Shown here one piece after another: positions 1-9,247 of a DNA stretch of 64,000 nt (positions within the stretch are counted from its first letter, which is position 1; the number at the start of each line of letters is the position of its first letter). Made by a program: the position numbers and the translations under genes. The notes beneath the pieces are model-generated. The model was not told the origin of the DNA. It did no database searches and was given only the letters and a program-made list of their open reading frames with translations. This DNA is from a virus. Location: the IMG/VR virus record IMGVR_UViG_3300045988_139474, positions 32,001 to 96,000 of that record. One strand, written 5' to 3'.

Positions 1-2224
1 AGGATTCTAGCTCTATACCTTTCTCAGCCTTACAGTCATGCGTTGTGATATTTAAATCCCTGCACAAGTTAACCAATTGACGCTCAAGATAGCCTGAGGC
101 TGGTACCATGAAGCTGTTCATAGCCAAGCCACGTCTTGCTGGGCCGCAAGTCCGAATGTAGCTCAACACCGGCAATCCCTCGCTCAGGGCTTCTGGAATC
201 GGCTCTTCCAAACCGCCTTGCATGGATGTTAACAAGCCTTTTGATACAATCATCTGACGGACTTGAACTGGCGTCACCCTAGCTCCTGAGTTAGCCATAG
301 CAATCATGGAACTGTTCCTGTCTGTTGACTCGAACCAGTCTTTTACGGCCTTATTGATGTTCGTGTCCCAAGCCTTAATCCGTTCATCAAAGCCCATATC
401 TTTCGGCAAGGCTTTGACTTCATCAATCAAGGCTTGTTGCTTGGCTGACTTCTTGACGTCATCATATGCTAAGGATAAACCAAACTTGGTTGACGTGCGG
501 AACCAGAGGCGTTGAAGCTTCGTCAGATACTTGTGAGCATCATTACCATACTTGCGACATAACTCCAAGATGTATTTCTTCACGCCTTTCTTGTCTAACA
601 CTTGAGTCGGTAGAATATCCGTCAATTCCCAATGGACTAATGCGCCCACGTTAGTCTTGAATCGCTGACCGTCAGTCGTCTTAACAATAATCCAGTCATC
701 AAAAGCCAACAAGCCCTCATCATATCGGGTCAAGGCTTCCTTAGCCAGGCCGATGAATTTGACTTCCTCAGGCTCTTCAGCCAAAGCTCGTGTTAACAAC
801 CATGAACCGACAATCTGCTCATGACCAGGTGAAGTTGATACCTTATCCCAAGCGGCAGCTGATAGCAAGTTGCGCTCGAATGATACGACCTCTTTCAATT
901 CTTGGCAAGCCTCATCCGAAATATGGCGGTGAGTACTCATGGTGTCGCCGTCACAGTCTGCATTGAATGGAGCCATAGCAGCTGGCGGCATATGAATCGC
1001 CTTACCTGAAACAGGAATGACTTGAAAGGCCATTACAGAGTACATATGCAAGCTCGGTGCACGGTTCAAGATGATATATTCATCCTTAACAACACCCTCA
1101 ATAGCCTCCATCGTGTCTGGCGCCAATCGTTTGACCTGCGCTTGAGCCTTGCGGAAAGCCTTGATACTGGGTGTACCTTCTTTTCGGTGCTTTTGAGTGA
1201 GCCAATGAATGATATCAGGCTTAAACAACTCAAGCAGCATAGCATAAGGAATCCCCACGCTGTTGATAGGCATATCAGGAGCGGACAGAATGACTGAACG
1301 GCCTGAAAAATCGACCGTCTTGCCTAACAACGCGCCACGCGGTAATGAGCCCTCCTTACCCTTCAACTTCTCAATACGTGGAATCAGTTTGGCGTTACCA
1401 AATTCACCACCTTCGATAAATTGGATGTTAATCATCTTCTGAACGACACAAGAGGTCATCGACTTAACAACCTGAATCTGCTCAGGGGTCAAGCTATCGG
1501 AGGACATCAAAGCAGCCAGTTTACTCGATTCGCGGATAAGCCTTGAGTAAATCAAGTTTGTCTCGTCATAAAAGATTTTCTCATCAGCACGGCGCAACGG
1601 TCTAGCATCTGGAGGTGTCACGACAACGGTTGAGTTGATAAAAGACAGCAGGTTGTAACCAGCCTTCTGATACTTCTCAGACACCCCTGCATAGCTGAAT
1701 CGCAACGTCTCTACGCAATCAATGTTACGCTCCAACAAGTCGTACAGGCCTGAGATACCGCCTTTCAATTCAGGTGAATCGTCAATAATTAAGCAATAGC
1801 GTTTACCGTCTAGGCCGTACAACGCCCCAGCCGTGTTCTCTTCTAGCTCTAAATTCACTTCACCCAAAGATACCGCTTGCAGGGTTTCTGGTGTAACATC
1901 AATCAATTCCGCAAATGTCTTCAAGAACAACGGATTGATATAGTGGCAATTCAGCTCAATATGGCCGTAACGCTTGCTGCGCTCTTCAGCCTTAACATAG
2001 TCCACACCGCATACTTCGCAAGTCAGGATAGTGTCCGACTTCTTCGCTCTCGGATTATGATGACCGCAAGAACATGTATAGTCATGCTCTGGGCCAAAGA
2101 TATTCTCAGCATACAAGCCGTCTGGAATCGGCTTTGGGTGCTTGTAGTTGAAGTTGTACTTACCCATGTTTATCACTTCGCCATGGGACAACTCCCTAAT
2201 TCTTTCATCGCTGAGCAAAAACAT
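1..2224 (-). CDS. Multisubunit RNA polymerase beta-prime-like subunit, first ~741 codons (ORF continues past window start)
   Basis: Not in ORF track because it is open at the window edge. My translation from ATG 2224 (GGAGG 5 nt upstream) gives MFLLSDERIRELSHGEV. It shows Zn motif CSCG-x14-CEVCGV, RYGHIEL, catalytic loop NADCDGD (nt 944-964), and SGARVTPVQVRQ and GYLERQLV near nt 1-200. Frame checked at both ends. Confidence 0.85.
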   Translation of the reverse strand, partial: MFLLSDERIRELSHGEVINMGKYNFNYKHPKPIPDGLYAENIFGPEHDYTCSCGHHNPRAKKSDTILTCEVCGVDYVKAEERSKRYGHIELNCHYINPLFLKTFAELIDVTPETLQAVSLGEVNLELEENTAGALYGLDGKRYCLIIDDSPELKGGISGLYDLLERNIDCVETLRFSYAGVSEKYQKAGYNLLSFINSTVVVTPPDARPLRRADEKIFYDETNLIYSRLIRESSKLAALMSSDSLTPEQIQVVKSMTSCVVQKMINIQFIEGGEFGNAKLIPRIEKLKGKEGSLPRGALLGKTVDFSGRSVILSAPDMPINSVGIPYAMLLELFKPDIIHWLTQKHRKEGTPSIKAFRKAQAQVKRLAPDTMEAIEGVVKDEYIILNRAPSLHMYSVMAFQVIPVSGKAIHMPPAAMAPFNADCDGDTMSTHRHISDEACQELKEVVSFERNLLSAAAWDKVSTSPGHEQIVGSWLLTRALAEEPEEVKFIGLAKEALTRYDEGLLAFDDWIIVKTTDGQRFKTNVGALVHWELTDILPTQVLDKKGVKKYILELCRKYGNDAHKYLTKLQRLWFRTSTKFGLSLAYDDVKKSAKQQALIDEVKALPKDMGFDERIKAWDTNINKAVKDWFESTDRNSSMIAMANSGARVTPVQVRQMIVSKGLLTSMQGGLEEPIPEALSEGLPVLSYIRTCGPARRGLAMNSFMVPASGYLERQLVNLCRDLNITTHDCKAEKGIELES

Positions 2225-2225
2225 T

Positions 2226-2891
2226 TTATCCTCCAATCAAGTATTCAGCACGTTGGGATAGCCGTGTTCTGTATTTGGTAATGTAATTTCGCAATGGTTG
2301 TTCCTCGTCAGGCCTGAACCTGCTCTTCAACACCTCAATGTCCGAAAACTCAGACACTGTCTTACCCTTCAAGTCCATGAGGCTTTCTAGGGCTTCGACA
2401 ATTTCAATTATTGTTTCAGGCAATTCTGCCTTGATATCGTCATAATAGCCTGAATTCAGGATTATGACTGAAATGCAGCCTGTAATAACGTAGGCTTTTG
2501 TCTCTTCACCAATCGCAACTTTGGCGTGCTTCTCTGGCGTGTTGATTAATTCAGTCGAATACTCGACCAGTTCATCAATCAACATCTTCATCTCAATCGA
2601 ACTCCTGATTGCTGAGCTGATTCTGTATGATTCAAGCTGCTCTGATAACAGGTCTTGGCCTGTAAGTAAGGCCTTGTCCTGTATCTTCACGTCCAGTTGG
2701 GTCTGTATTATCTTAGCCTTATTGCAAGCCGTCTGATAGTTATCAAACACCCGATTGAGCAATGTATCCATTTCCCAAAGGTTGTCCGATTTCAAAGCTC
2801 GCATGTAGAAAGCAGGGTTGAAGAACTCGCTCAACTCCTGCCCTCCAATATCAAGGCCGTGTTGCATATGCACAGGGACTTTTGAAGACAT
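2226..2891 (-). CDS. Hypothetical protein (221 aa)
   Basis: Long ORF. Its TAA stop lies inside the SD of the beta-prime gene. No motif recognised. Confidence 0.6.
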   Translation of the reverse strand: MSSKVPVHMQHGLDIGGQELSEFFNPAFYMRALKSDNLWEMDTLLNRVFDNYQTACNKAKIIQTQLDVKIQDKALLTGQDLLSEQLESYRISSAIRSSIEMKMLIDELVEYSTELINTPEKHAKVAIGEETKAYVITGCISVIILNSGYYDDIKAELPETIIEIVEALESLMDLKGKTVSEFSDIEVLKSRFRPDEEQPLRNYITKYRTRLSQRAEYLIGG

Positions 2892-2897
2892 ACTCTG

Positions 2898-3218
2898 TTA
2901 TCCTAACAGGCTATCCAGTACACTCAAGTCAATCTCAGTCTCTGGCTTCTCAGCCTGTTGATTCTGCAAGTCAGTCAGTCGTTTAGACGTGCCTGTTTCC
3001 AAGCACTCCTTGATTTCCTGTCGGGTTGACGCTCCGACCTTAGGAAGTTTGGGAATGTCGTCAACGGTCTTGAAGTCGTGACCCAACTCAAACCAAGTTT
3101 CCAAGCTTTCAGCTGCAGCCTTGAAGCTAGCAGCACGGTGCTCATCGCCTTGCTTGTAATACAACTCACTCAATTCAGCCAAGTGATTCATAACGGCATC
3201 TGCGGTTTTGATATCCAT
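2898..3218 (-). CDS. Stand-alone helix-hairpin-helix protein resembling the 8-kDa N-terminal domain of family X polymerases
   Basis: LAELSELYYKQGDEHRAASFKAAAESL...IPKLPKVGASTRQEIKECLETGTSKRL fits the PolX 8-kDa pattern L..LA...G..R..AY.KAA..L...LPGVG..I..KI.E.L.TG. No palm or thumb domain follows. Confidence 0.5.
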   Translation of the reverse strand: MDIKTADAVMNHLAELSELYYKQGDEHRAASFKAAAESLETWFELGHDFKTVDDIPKLPKVGASTRQEIKECLETGTSKRLTDLQNQQAEKPETEIDLSVLDSLLG

Positions 3219-3265
3219 AAAATAACCTCATTTTGCTACAATAGATGATATTTCAGTCACCAACG

Positions 3266-6200
3266 TTAATTTTTGCGATATTTCACTTTGAACGTAGCTT
3301 TGGACTGCTGAATCGTTTTGCCCCACTCATACTTCAAGGCTTTACCAACGCCCCAAAGCTCCGACCAACCATAGTCCTGAGGTTCAGAGGTCTCAACCTC
3401 AATACCCTCCAAGTCATAGGTCTTGGATAGCTTCAGACGGCTTAACAGCCCATCAATTGCTATACTAGTGCCTTTGATAGTAACAGTCCTTTCATCCTGT
3501 TCTCTTGGCGTGAAGTCAATGCTGCAAAGGTCTCGACCGTTAGCAGCCAGTTCATAGTCAATTGAAACTGGGATTCCGACCGACTGACGAACACGGTTCA
3601 CCATTACCTCTTCCATACCCTCCAAGTACTCAAAGATTGTATCGACTGATGTTGAATCGTCATAAGCGTCATGGGTGAACGCATACGGCGCGCAATCATA
3701 GCCCTGTTTCTCGCAATACTCAAGGAACTGATACATGCTAGTGCCTGCCACCAAACTACCAAGTGATTGAATAATCTGGTTTTGGGCTTGACGGTATTTA
3801 GCACCGCCTCCTGCATTTACATCAATCGGCACTTTGTTCCCCAGCATAGTCGTAACATAGGCATTCGTGCGGTCAATCTCGGCATGAGCCTTATGAATGA
3901 ACTCCTTAATGCCTGGGAATTGCTTGAAGAACGCGTCAAAGATTGCCTGAGCTTTCTGAACGTCACCGCCTGTATTGTCAAAAGCAAAGGATTCCACACC
4001 CTTTCCATATAGGATTGAAAAACTGCATGCCTTGCTGAATCGCCTTTCTTCGCTGGTGATTTCAGCCTCAGGCTTCTCAAAGATTTTTGAAGCAGCATAT
4101 CGGTGAATGTCCTTACCGTCCAAAAATACCTGAATCAGATTGCGGTCACCTGTTACCCTTGCCAGCACTGTAACCTCAAGCGCAGAGTAGTCAGCATGAA
4201 CCAATACGTGATTAGGCCGTCTAGGAATCATGATGGCTCGCATTGGTGAACCCGCACTAATGCTATGGAATGCAGCTGACCAACGTCCACTGTTTGCGGC
4301 CAAAGAGTTAAACTCAACATTCGTCAGCAAGCTTCCTGTCCGTTTTTCTTCAGCCGTCAAACTTTCATACGGCTTCTTGCGGAGCCAAATATTGTCGCCA
4401 TAGGTAGTGTCTGTTGTATCTACCAAATGTACGCTGCCTCGACCTTGTACACCGTTGATATTGGCTGAGATGACTTTCAAGATTTTCTTGAGTAGAAACA
4501 AGTCAAACAACAGTTTGAACTCTTTTGTCCAAGTCTCAGGCTTGTCGGAATCGACACCCAAGTAGCGTGAGTGAATCTGATACTGATACTTAATGGTATC
4601 AGAAGCATAACGCCCGATATAATTGGGTAATTCCTCAATGGCGGTCTTCAACATGCTACCAATAAAATTAGCCGTCTTGTTCTTGTTGCCTTTGACATAA
4701 GCCGACAAGAAAGACAAAATGTCCTTAATGCTGTTGGACTTCAAGAAGTCATCACTCGGAAACACACTCATGACCTCAGGCAATCTACCCATCAAGTCGC
4801 TAGTCTCCAAGAATAGGTTGAGGATTACACCCAAGCGCAATTCCTCTGTTAAGTAGGTTTTCCAGAAAAAGTCTCTACTTGCCGCAGTATTGCTACCAGG
4901 ATTCCAGAACCTTTTCAGCCACTCAATCTCTTTCTCTGGTGTATCTACCAGCATGACTTTTTCTTTTTGCGTCTTGCCCGTATAGTACACGAAATTGAAT
5001 GGAATCTTTTGCTGCCCATAGGTAGCCCAATCCATAGCCAATTCAGGGCTGAGGTTAGCTTTGCAGGCCTCGATAATGTTGCGCATCAGCGGTACAGCCT
5101 CAGCATACATCTCTTGTTCCAAAGCATTAGCAGCATTCTCATCCCACATGAAGCCATGTAATTCAAACTTAACAGCCATCCACGGTTGACGCAGACAGAA
5201 ATGGTAGCTAGGCATCACCTCAGGATACTCAAGCTGATAGTGGTGAGCCAATACAACAGTGTAAGCAGCGTCAAGCGCGCAATACACACCCAGAATCGTC
5301 TTGGGAGTAGCACCCCAAGCAGAAGGGAAATGACGCAAGGCTTCAACGATTTCAGACGGCTCGAAATTTGCCTCAGCATACTCCAAGAACGCAAGAATGC
5401 CTGCGTTTCCACTCGCTCGCAACGTCTCAATATCGCCAGCATAACAAGCTTCTCGCAAGGCTGCGTTTCGACCGACTTTGCTTACAAACTTCTTGTACTC
5501 AGCCTGAAATTCCTTAACGTCAGCCTCCCAGATTGCAGCACCAAATTTCTTGCGCAGCAGGTCTTTCAGGCTGGAACGCTCAGCATTCACAGAAGCCATG
5601 ACTATCACGTCTTGGAACTTGTAAAACTTCTTAACAATTCGGAAAGCAACAGCAATCTCAAACGTGCAGTTGTATGTGTAAATGCGCTGATAATTGGCGT
5701 CCAAGAACGCCTCAAACGCTTTCAATGCTCGCTCAGACAACCCTTCAAAAGGTACATCATAGTGGTAGCCATAAGCATGATTGATGTCGGCGGAAAAGCT
5801 CAGGCCGATTTCAGTCAGCTTGAATCCCTCACTCATCGGCTCGACCGCGTTTGTCTCAAAGTCCAGCCCCAACTTGCCCTCTTGAGCCGTTAACACTTCC
5901 AACAGCTTCAGGAATTGCTCTTCACCGTCAATCTTGGTTGTCTTGATTTTCACTTGAGACTTGAACTCATGGAGATAATCAATCCGCTGACGATACTCAA
6001 TAGCATCTTCACCCGATTTAACCGTGAAATATGATTTGACGGCAGCAGCTGAGATTTCAGGTATCTCAAGCGTTGGGATAGCCTGAGACACTACCAGCTG
6101 AGACATCATCTTACCCTTACTGATTGACGGGAACAGGCAGTCAACGGCTGTACGACCGACGCAAATGACCTTTGTAATCCCCTGCTCTTTCAAGAAAGCC

Positions 6201-6409
6201 AAGATTTCTTCGCGGTCTTTGTTTGAGATTTCCTCGTTGATAGTCGTGAACTCAATCAGATACGGCAGGAAGCTCAGGGAATTGACTGTTGTGCGCATAA
6301 CGGCAGAGGCCGTCTCGCTAGATGTAAAACAGTCAGTCACTGTAATCGCTTGGTTGTCTAAGTTTGAAATGATGGCTGTCTTTGCTGATCCTAATTCTTT
6401 AATCCACAT
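3266..6409 (-). CDS. Family A DNA polymerase with 3'-5' exonuclease domain (1047 aa)
   Basis: Exo I LGLDFETNA, Exo III YCALDAAYT, motif A DYSALEVTVLA, motif B RRFSKACSFSILYGKG, motif C FTHDAYDD. An extra ~160-aa N-terminal region has no recognised motif. Confidence 0.9.
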   Translation of the reverse strand: MWIKELGSAKTAIISNLDNQAITVTDCFTSSETASAVMRTTVNSLSFLPYLIEFTTINEEISNKDREEILAFLKEQGITKVICVGRTAVDCLFPSISKGKMMSQLVVSQAIPTLEIPEISAAAVKSYFTVKSGEDAIEYRQRIDYLHEFKSQVKIKTTKIDGEEQFLKLLEVLTAQEGKLGLDFETNAVEPMSEGFKLTEIGLSFSADINHAYGYHYDVPFEGLSERALKAFEAFLDANYQRIYTYNCTFEIAVAFRIVKKFYKFQDVIVMASVNAERSSLKDLLRKKFGAAIWEADVKEFQAEYKKFVSKVGRNAALREACYAGDIETLRASGNAGILAFLEYAEANFEPSEIVEALRHFPSAWGATPKTILGVYCALDAAYTVVLAHHYQLEYPEVMPSYHFCLRQPWMAVKFELHGFMWDENAANALEQEMYAEAVPLMRNIIEACKANLSPELAMDWATYGQQKIPFNFVYYTGKTQKEKVMLVDTPEKEIEWLKRFWNPGSNTAASRDFFWKTYLTEELRLGVILNLFLETSDLMGRLPEVMSVFPSDDFLKSNSIKDILSFLSAYVKGNKNKTANFIGSMLKTAIEELPNYIGRYASDTIKYQYQIHSRYLGVDSDKPETWTKEFKLLFDLFLLKKILKVISANINGVQGRGSVHLVDTTDTTYGDNIWLRKKPYESLTAEEKRTGSLLTNVEFNSLAANSGRWSAAFHSISAGSPMRAIMIPRRPNHVLVHADYSALEVTVLARVTGDRNLIQVFLDGKDIHRYAASKIFEKPEAEITSEERRFSKACSFSILYGKGVESFAFDNTGGDVQKAQAIFDAFFKQFPGIKEFIHKAHAEIDRTNAYVTTMLGNKVPIDVNAGGGAKYRQAQNQIIQSLGSLVAGTSMYQFLEYCEKQGYDCAPYAFTHDAYDDSTSVDTIFEYLEGMEEVMVNRVRQSVGIPVSIDYELAANGRDLCSIDFTPREQDERTVTIKGTSIAIDGLLSRLKLSKTYDLEGIEVETSEPQDYGWSELWGVGKALKYEWGKTIQQSKATFKVKYRKN

Positions 6410-6421
6410 TAGGGTGGCCTC

Positions 6422-8146
6422 CTATTTGACAGGTAATTCTTTCATGGTGTTGAAAAACCAATTGGGCACGTAACGTTTGACTTGACCTAACAACCAGCCA
6501 AAGGTAGGGTCAAGCATGAAAGTGTATGATTTATCGGTTGACGAACGGACACCACGGCCTGAGCCTTGAATAATCGCCAAGACAGTTGCATAAGCATACC
6601 AACCTGCGTCCATGTCTTTCTTCTTAACGACCCAAGGGTCACCAAGGAACGGATAAGGACATTTCATGAAGATGTTTACAGCAGCCAAGCCCTTACCCAA
6701 GTCAACACCCTCTGTAATGCTTGGAGACACGCAGATAGTGCCTGGCTTCAAGATTTCCTTGAGTTTGCGTATCTCTTCTGTTGTCGGGATGAAGATACGG
6801 TCTTTCAAGGCTGAAAGCTCCTTGTACTTGTTCGCATTGACGTAGGATACCGAATGAATAATCACATTAGTGTCGGCTGGGTACTTGCTAATGATTGAGT
6901 CAATAATCTTGACGTAATCGGGAAAAGCTGATTCAAATGTATCCTTGTTCAGTTTCGGCATGCCTGTAACCGCAAAGAATGGTCTGTTCTCCAGCGGAAA
7001 GATGTAGTCACCATTGTAAACAAAGGTATCCTCATCACTCAAGCCTAAGCTATCCTTCACGCGCTCAGCAGTAGCAGACATGAAGATGATAGCTTGAGGA
7101 CGGCCAAACAATTGGTTGTAGTACTCACGCGGAATGAATACAGGCTTGAGGCTGAACTGGTATTTCTCCTTATCCCACTCAATTACCCATTCATCAAAGT
7201 TGCTACCAACCAATACATCCAGCTTGAACGCTAATGATGAGTAAGCATTCACTCTTGGCGTCAGGGTCTTTTCAATATCCCGATTCAAGGCCTTAGCCCA
7301 GTCAGCAATTTGACGGCCTTCTAAACTCGCTTGAATCGCCTCTGCTTTGATTTCATTCGTCTTACTCTCAATCTCAATATTAATTTTGCGCAGGGCTGAA
7401 CGTAAGGCTAAAGACACTTGAGAAGCATAGTGCTTAGTCAAGGCTTTGATTGAGGTAACAGGAACGCCTAAGCGGTCATCCAAATCCTCTTCATACTCAA
7501 GCAATTCTCTAGCCAGCTTGATAAGATTCAAGTCAAAGGCAATGCTAGCAATACAGGCTTCCTCAAAGTTGTGCGCCTCATCAACTACCAATAAGCCGTC
7601 TGTGTTGAAGAACTGGAAGCCTGTAAAGAAGAAGGCATAGTTCAGATTCTTCAGTTTGGAATGAATATAGGCTTGCTGCGCAGGACGATAGGAACACATA
7701 TTGTCTTCCTTAGAATAGCGACAATTAGCGTGATGTTTCTCGCTTCTTGGAATCCCTGTGTCTTCCTCTGTATAGCAATCAAAGTTAGTGGCTGAAATCA
7801 GCTTCTTCATACCATGAATCTGGAAGTCATCCATGTATTGATTTTGCAGCAAGATTGTCTTAGTCAGAATCAGCGACTCGTCTGCATACTTTGGGTCATC
7901 CTCTAAGGCTTGTTCTTGATACCTCTGAATCAGCTCAGTATAGACAGCGGAAATTTGAACCGCAACCCAAGATTTACCAGTACCAGTCTCAAGGCTCAAC
8001 ACTACTCGTTTCTTGTCCTTATTGAAGATAGCATCCAGAGACAGCATGATAGCTTCCAACTGGTGTGGACGGTATTGAAAATTGGGGAATCTAGCTTTCA
8101 AGATTTCCATGATTTCATTAGGTGTGACTAGATGGTCTAACAGCAT
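6422..8146 (-). CDS. SF2 DEAH helicase, DinG/XPD(Rad3)-like
   Basis: Walker A ETGTGKSW, DEAH box VVDEAHNFE, and a Cys cluster (C..C..C) between them compatible with an Fe-S domain. AAGGA SD before ATG 8146. Confidence 0.75.
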   Translation of the reverse strand: MLLDHLVTPNEIMEILKARFPNFQYRPHQLEAIMLSLDAIFNKDKKRVVLSLETGTGKSWVAVQISAVYTELIQRYQEQALEDDPKYADESLILTKTILLQNQYMDDFQIHGMKKLISATNFDCYTEEDTGIPRSEKHHANCRYSKEDNMCSYRPAQQAYIHSKLKNLNYAFFFTGFQFFNTDGLLVVDEAHNFEEACIASIAFDLNLIKLARELLEYEEDLDDRLGVPVTSIKALTKHYASQVSLALRSALRKINIEIESKTNEIKAEAIQASLEGRQIADWAKALNRDIEKTLTPRVNAYSSLAFKLDVLVGSNFDEWVIEWDKEKYQFSLKPVFIPREYYNQLFGRPQAIIFMSATAERVKDSLGLSDEDTFVYNGDYIFPLENRPFFAVTGMPKLNKDTFESAFPDYVKIIDSIISKYPADTNVIIHSVSYVNANKYKELSALKDRIFIPTTEEIRKLKEILKPGTICVSPSITEGVDLGKGLAAVNIFMKCPYPFLGDPWVVKKKDMDAGWYAYATVLAIIQGSGRGVRSSTDKSYTFMLDPTFGWLLGQVKRYVPNWFFNTMKELPVK

Positions 8147-9143
8147 TGTTCTTTTCCTTTGCTAAAGTTTGCAACCGTGTCAGCAGGCTCTGCAATTTCT
8201 CAGGGTCATCAGCCCACTTGACTAACATTCGGCCTAAATATTCCTCAGGGTCTTCATAAGCAGGCATTACATTGACTTTTGAGCAAGTCGGAAATGTCCG
8301 TTTAATCTTATGATACAACTTCCAGCTCAAATGCGTCTCATCCAGCAGGATATTGATTTTGCTAGGAGATATGCGACGCAACATAGCTATCTGAAGACTG
8401 GTGATTGTCGAACCGAAAACACACAACGGATTCGGCAATCCTAAAATTGTCGCAGCAATAGCGTCAAACACGCCCTCAACTAAGGTCACCTCGCAATATT
8501 CATTGTCGGGTCTGAAGACGTTAGTTGGGCTGTATAGATACTTGACGCCAGCTGGAATGTAGTATTTCATCTTGCCCTTCGGTTTATAGAAGCGCAGATT
8601 ATAGCTGATAACTCTCCCAAAGTAAAGGCTGGGTACAGTCACACCGCTGTCGGGTAATTGTCTGAAGCCAAAGTAGTCCGCCAGTTGAACGTAGAACGGA
8701 ATGCGTGAAGCAAGATAAGCCTTTGCGGTATCGTCCAGCGGTTGGAATAAGGCCGTGTAATCTATCGGCGGAATGTTATCAAAATTGAATGGCGTGTCTG
8801 TTACCATCTTGGACTTGAAAGCCGTCAAGACTGCGTCATACCGCACTTCTTCTAAAGGCCGTCCATCGTCCACGATACCGACTGCGTCACACTTAAAACA
8901 GTGTCCTACTTGCTTCTCGCGGTCAAAATAGAATTTGCCGTCATCATCTTCCTTGCCTCGTAATTCAAGGCAATAAGGGCAATCATACCTGTCGTGAGTC
9001 TCTGTTTGGCCGACAATATCATGGTCGTCAGGATTGAATACCTTCACCCTATGAGACAGCGCAGATTTCCTACTGGCTGCATAGCTCGGTATCTTCCTGC
9101 TGGCTTCGTCAACAGTGCGCCAAAGCTCTGTTATATTCGACAT
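8118..9143 (-). CDS. DNA primase (DnaG/T4 gp61-like)
   Basis: N-terminal zinc ribbon CPYC-x22-CFKC, TOPRIM-like LVEGVFDAIA. 341 aa. Confidence 0.8.
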   Translation of the reverse strand: MSNITELWRTVDEASRKIPSYAASRKSALSHRVKVFNPDDHDIVGQTETHDRYDCPYCLELRGKEDDDGKFYFDREKQVGHCFKCDAVGIVDDGRPLEEVRYDAVLTAFKSKMVTDTPFNFDNIPPIDYTALFQPLDDTAKAYLASRIPFYVQLADYFGFRQLPDSGVTVPSLYFGRVISYNLRFYKPKGKMKYYIPAGVKYLYSPTNVFRPDNEYCEVTLVEGVFDAIAATILGLPNPLCVFGSTITSLQIAMLRRISPSKINILLDETHLSWKLYHKIKRTFPTCSKVNVMPAYEDPEEYLGRMLVKWADDPEKLQSLLTRLQTLAKEKNNAVRPSSHT

Positions 9144-9198
9144 TATTGATTTATCCCTCCAATTGTACTTAAAAACGGCATCTGGCTTGCGTTAAAAA

Positions 9199-9235
9199 AG
9201 CCCTGATGAGCTTTGATATTTCACTCACCAGGGCT
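9199..9235 (-). terminator. Intrinsic terminator after gene 9248-10444
   Basis: Minus sense AGCCCTGgTGAG-loop-CTCAtCAGGGCT followed by TTTTTTAA. Confidence 0.65.
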
Positions 9236-9243
9236 AATTTTTA
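9235..9243 (-). promoter_or_regulatory. Class-2 motif core (TAAAAATTA) fused to the terminator above
   Basis: Minus sense CTAAAAATTAGCCCTGG directly after the stop of 9248-10444. It lacks the ATTGG part. Confidence 0.3.
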
Positions 9244-9247
9244 GCAA

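Noticed and set aside
1022-6473. Plus-strand ORFs inside long minus-strand genes (for example 1877-2281, 5186-5893 at 235 aa, and 6165-6473), and similar antisense ORFs throughout the window.
   Set aside because: These are shadow frames of well-supported minus-strand genes (RNAP beta-prime, DNA polymerase and others). None has an SD or a recognisable motif.
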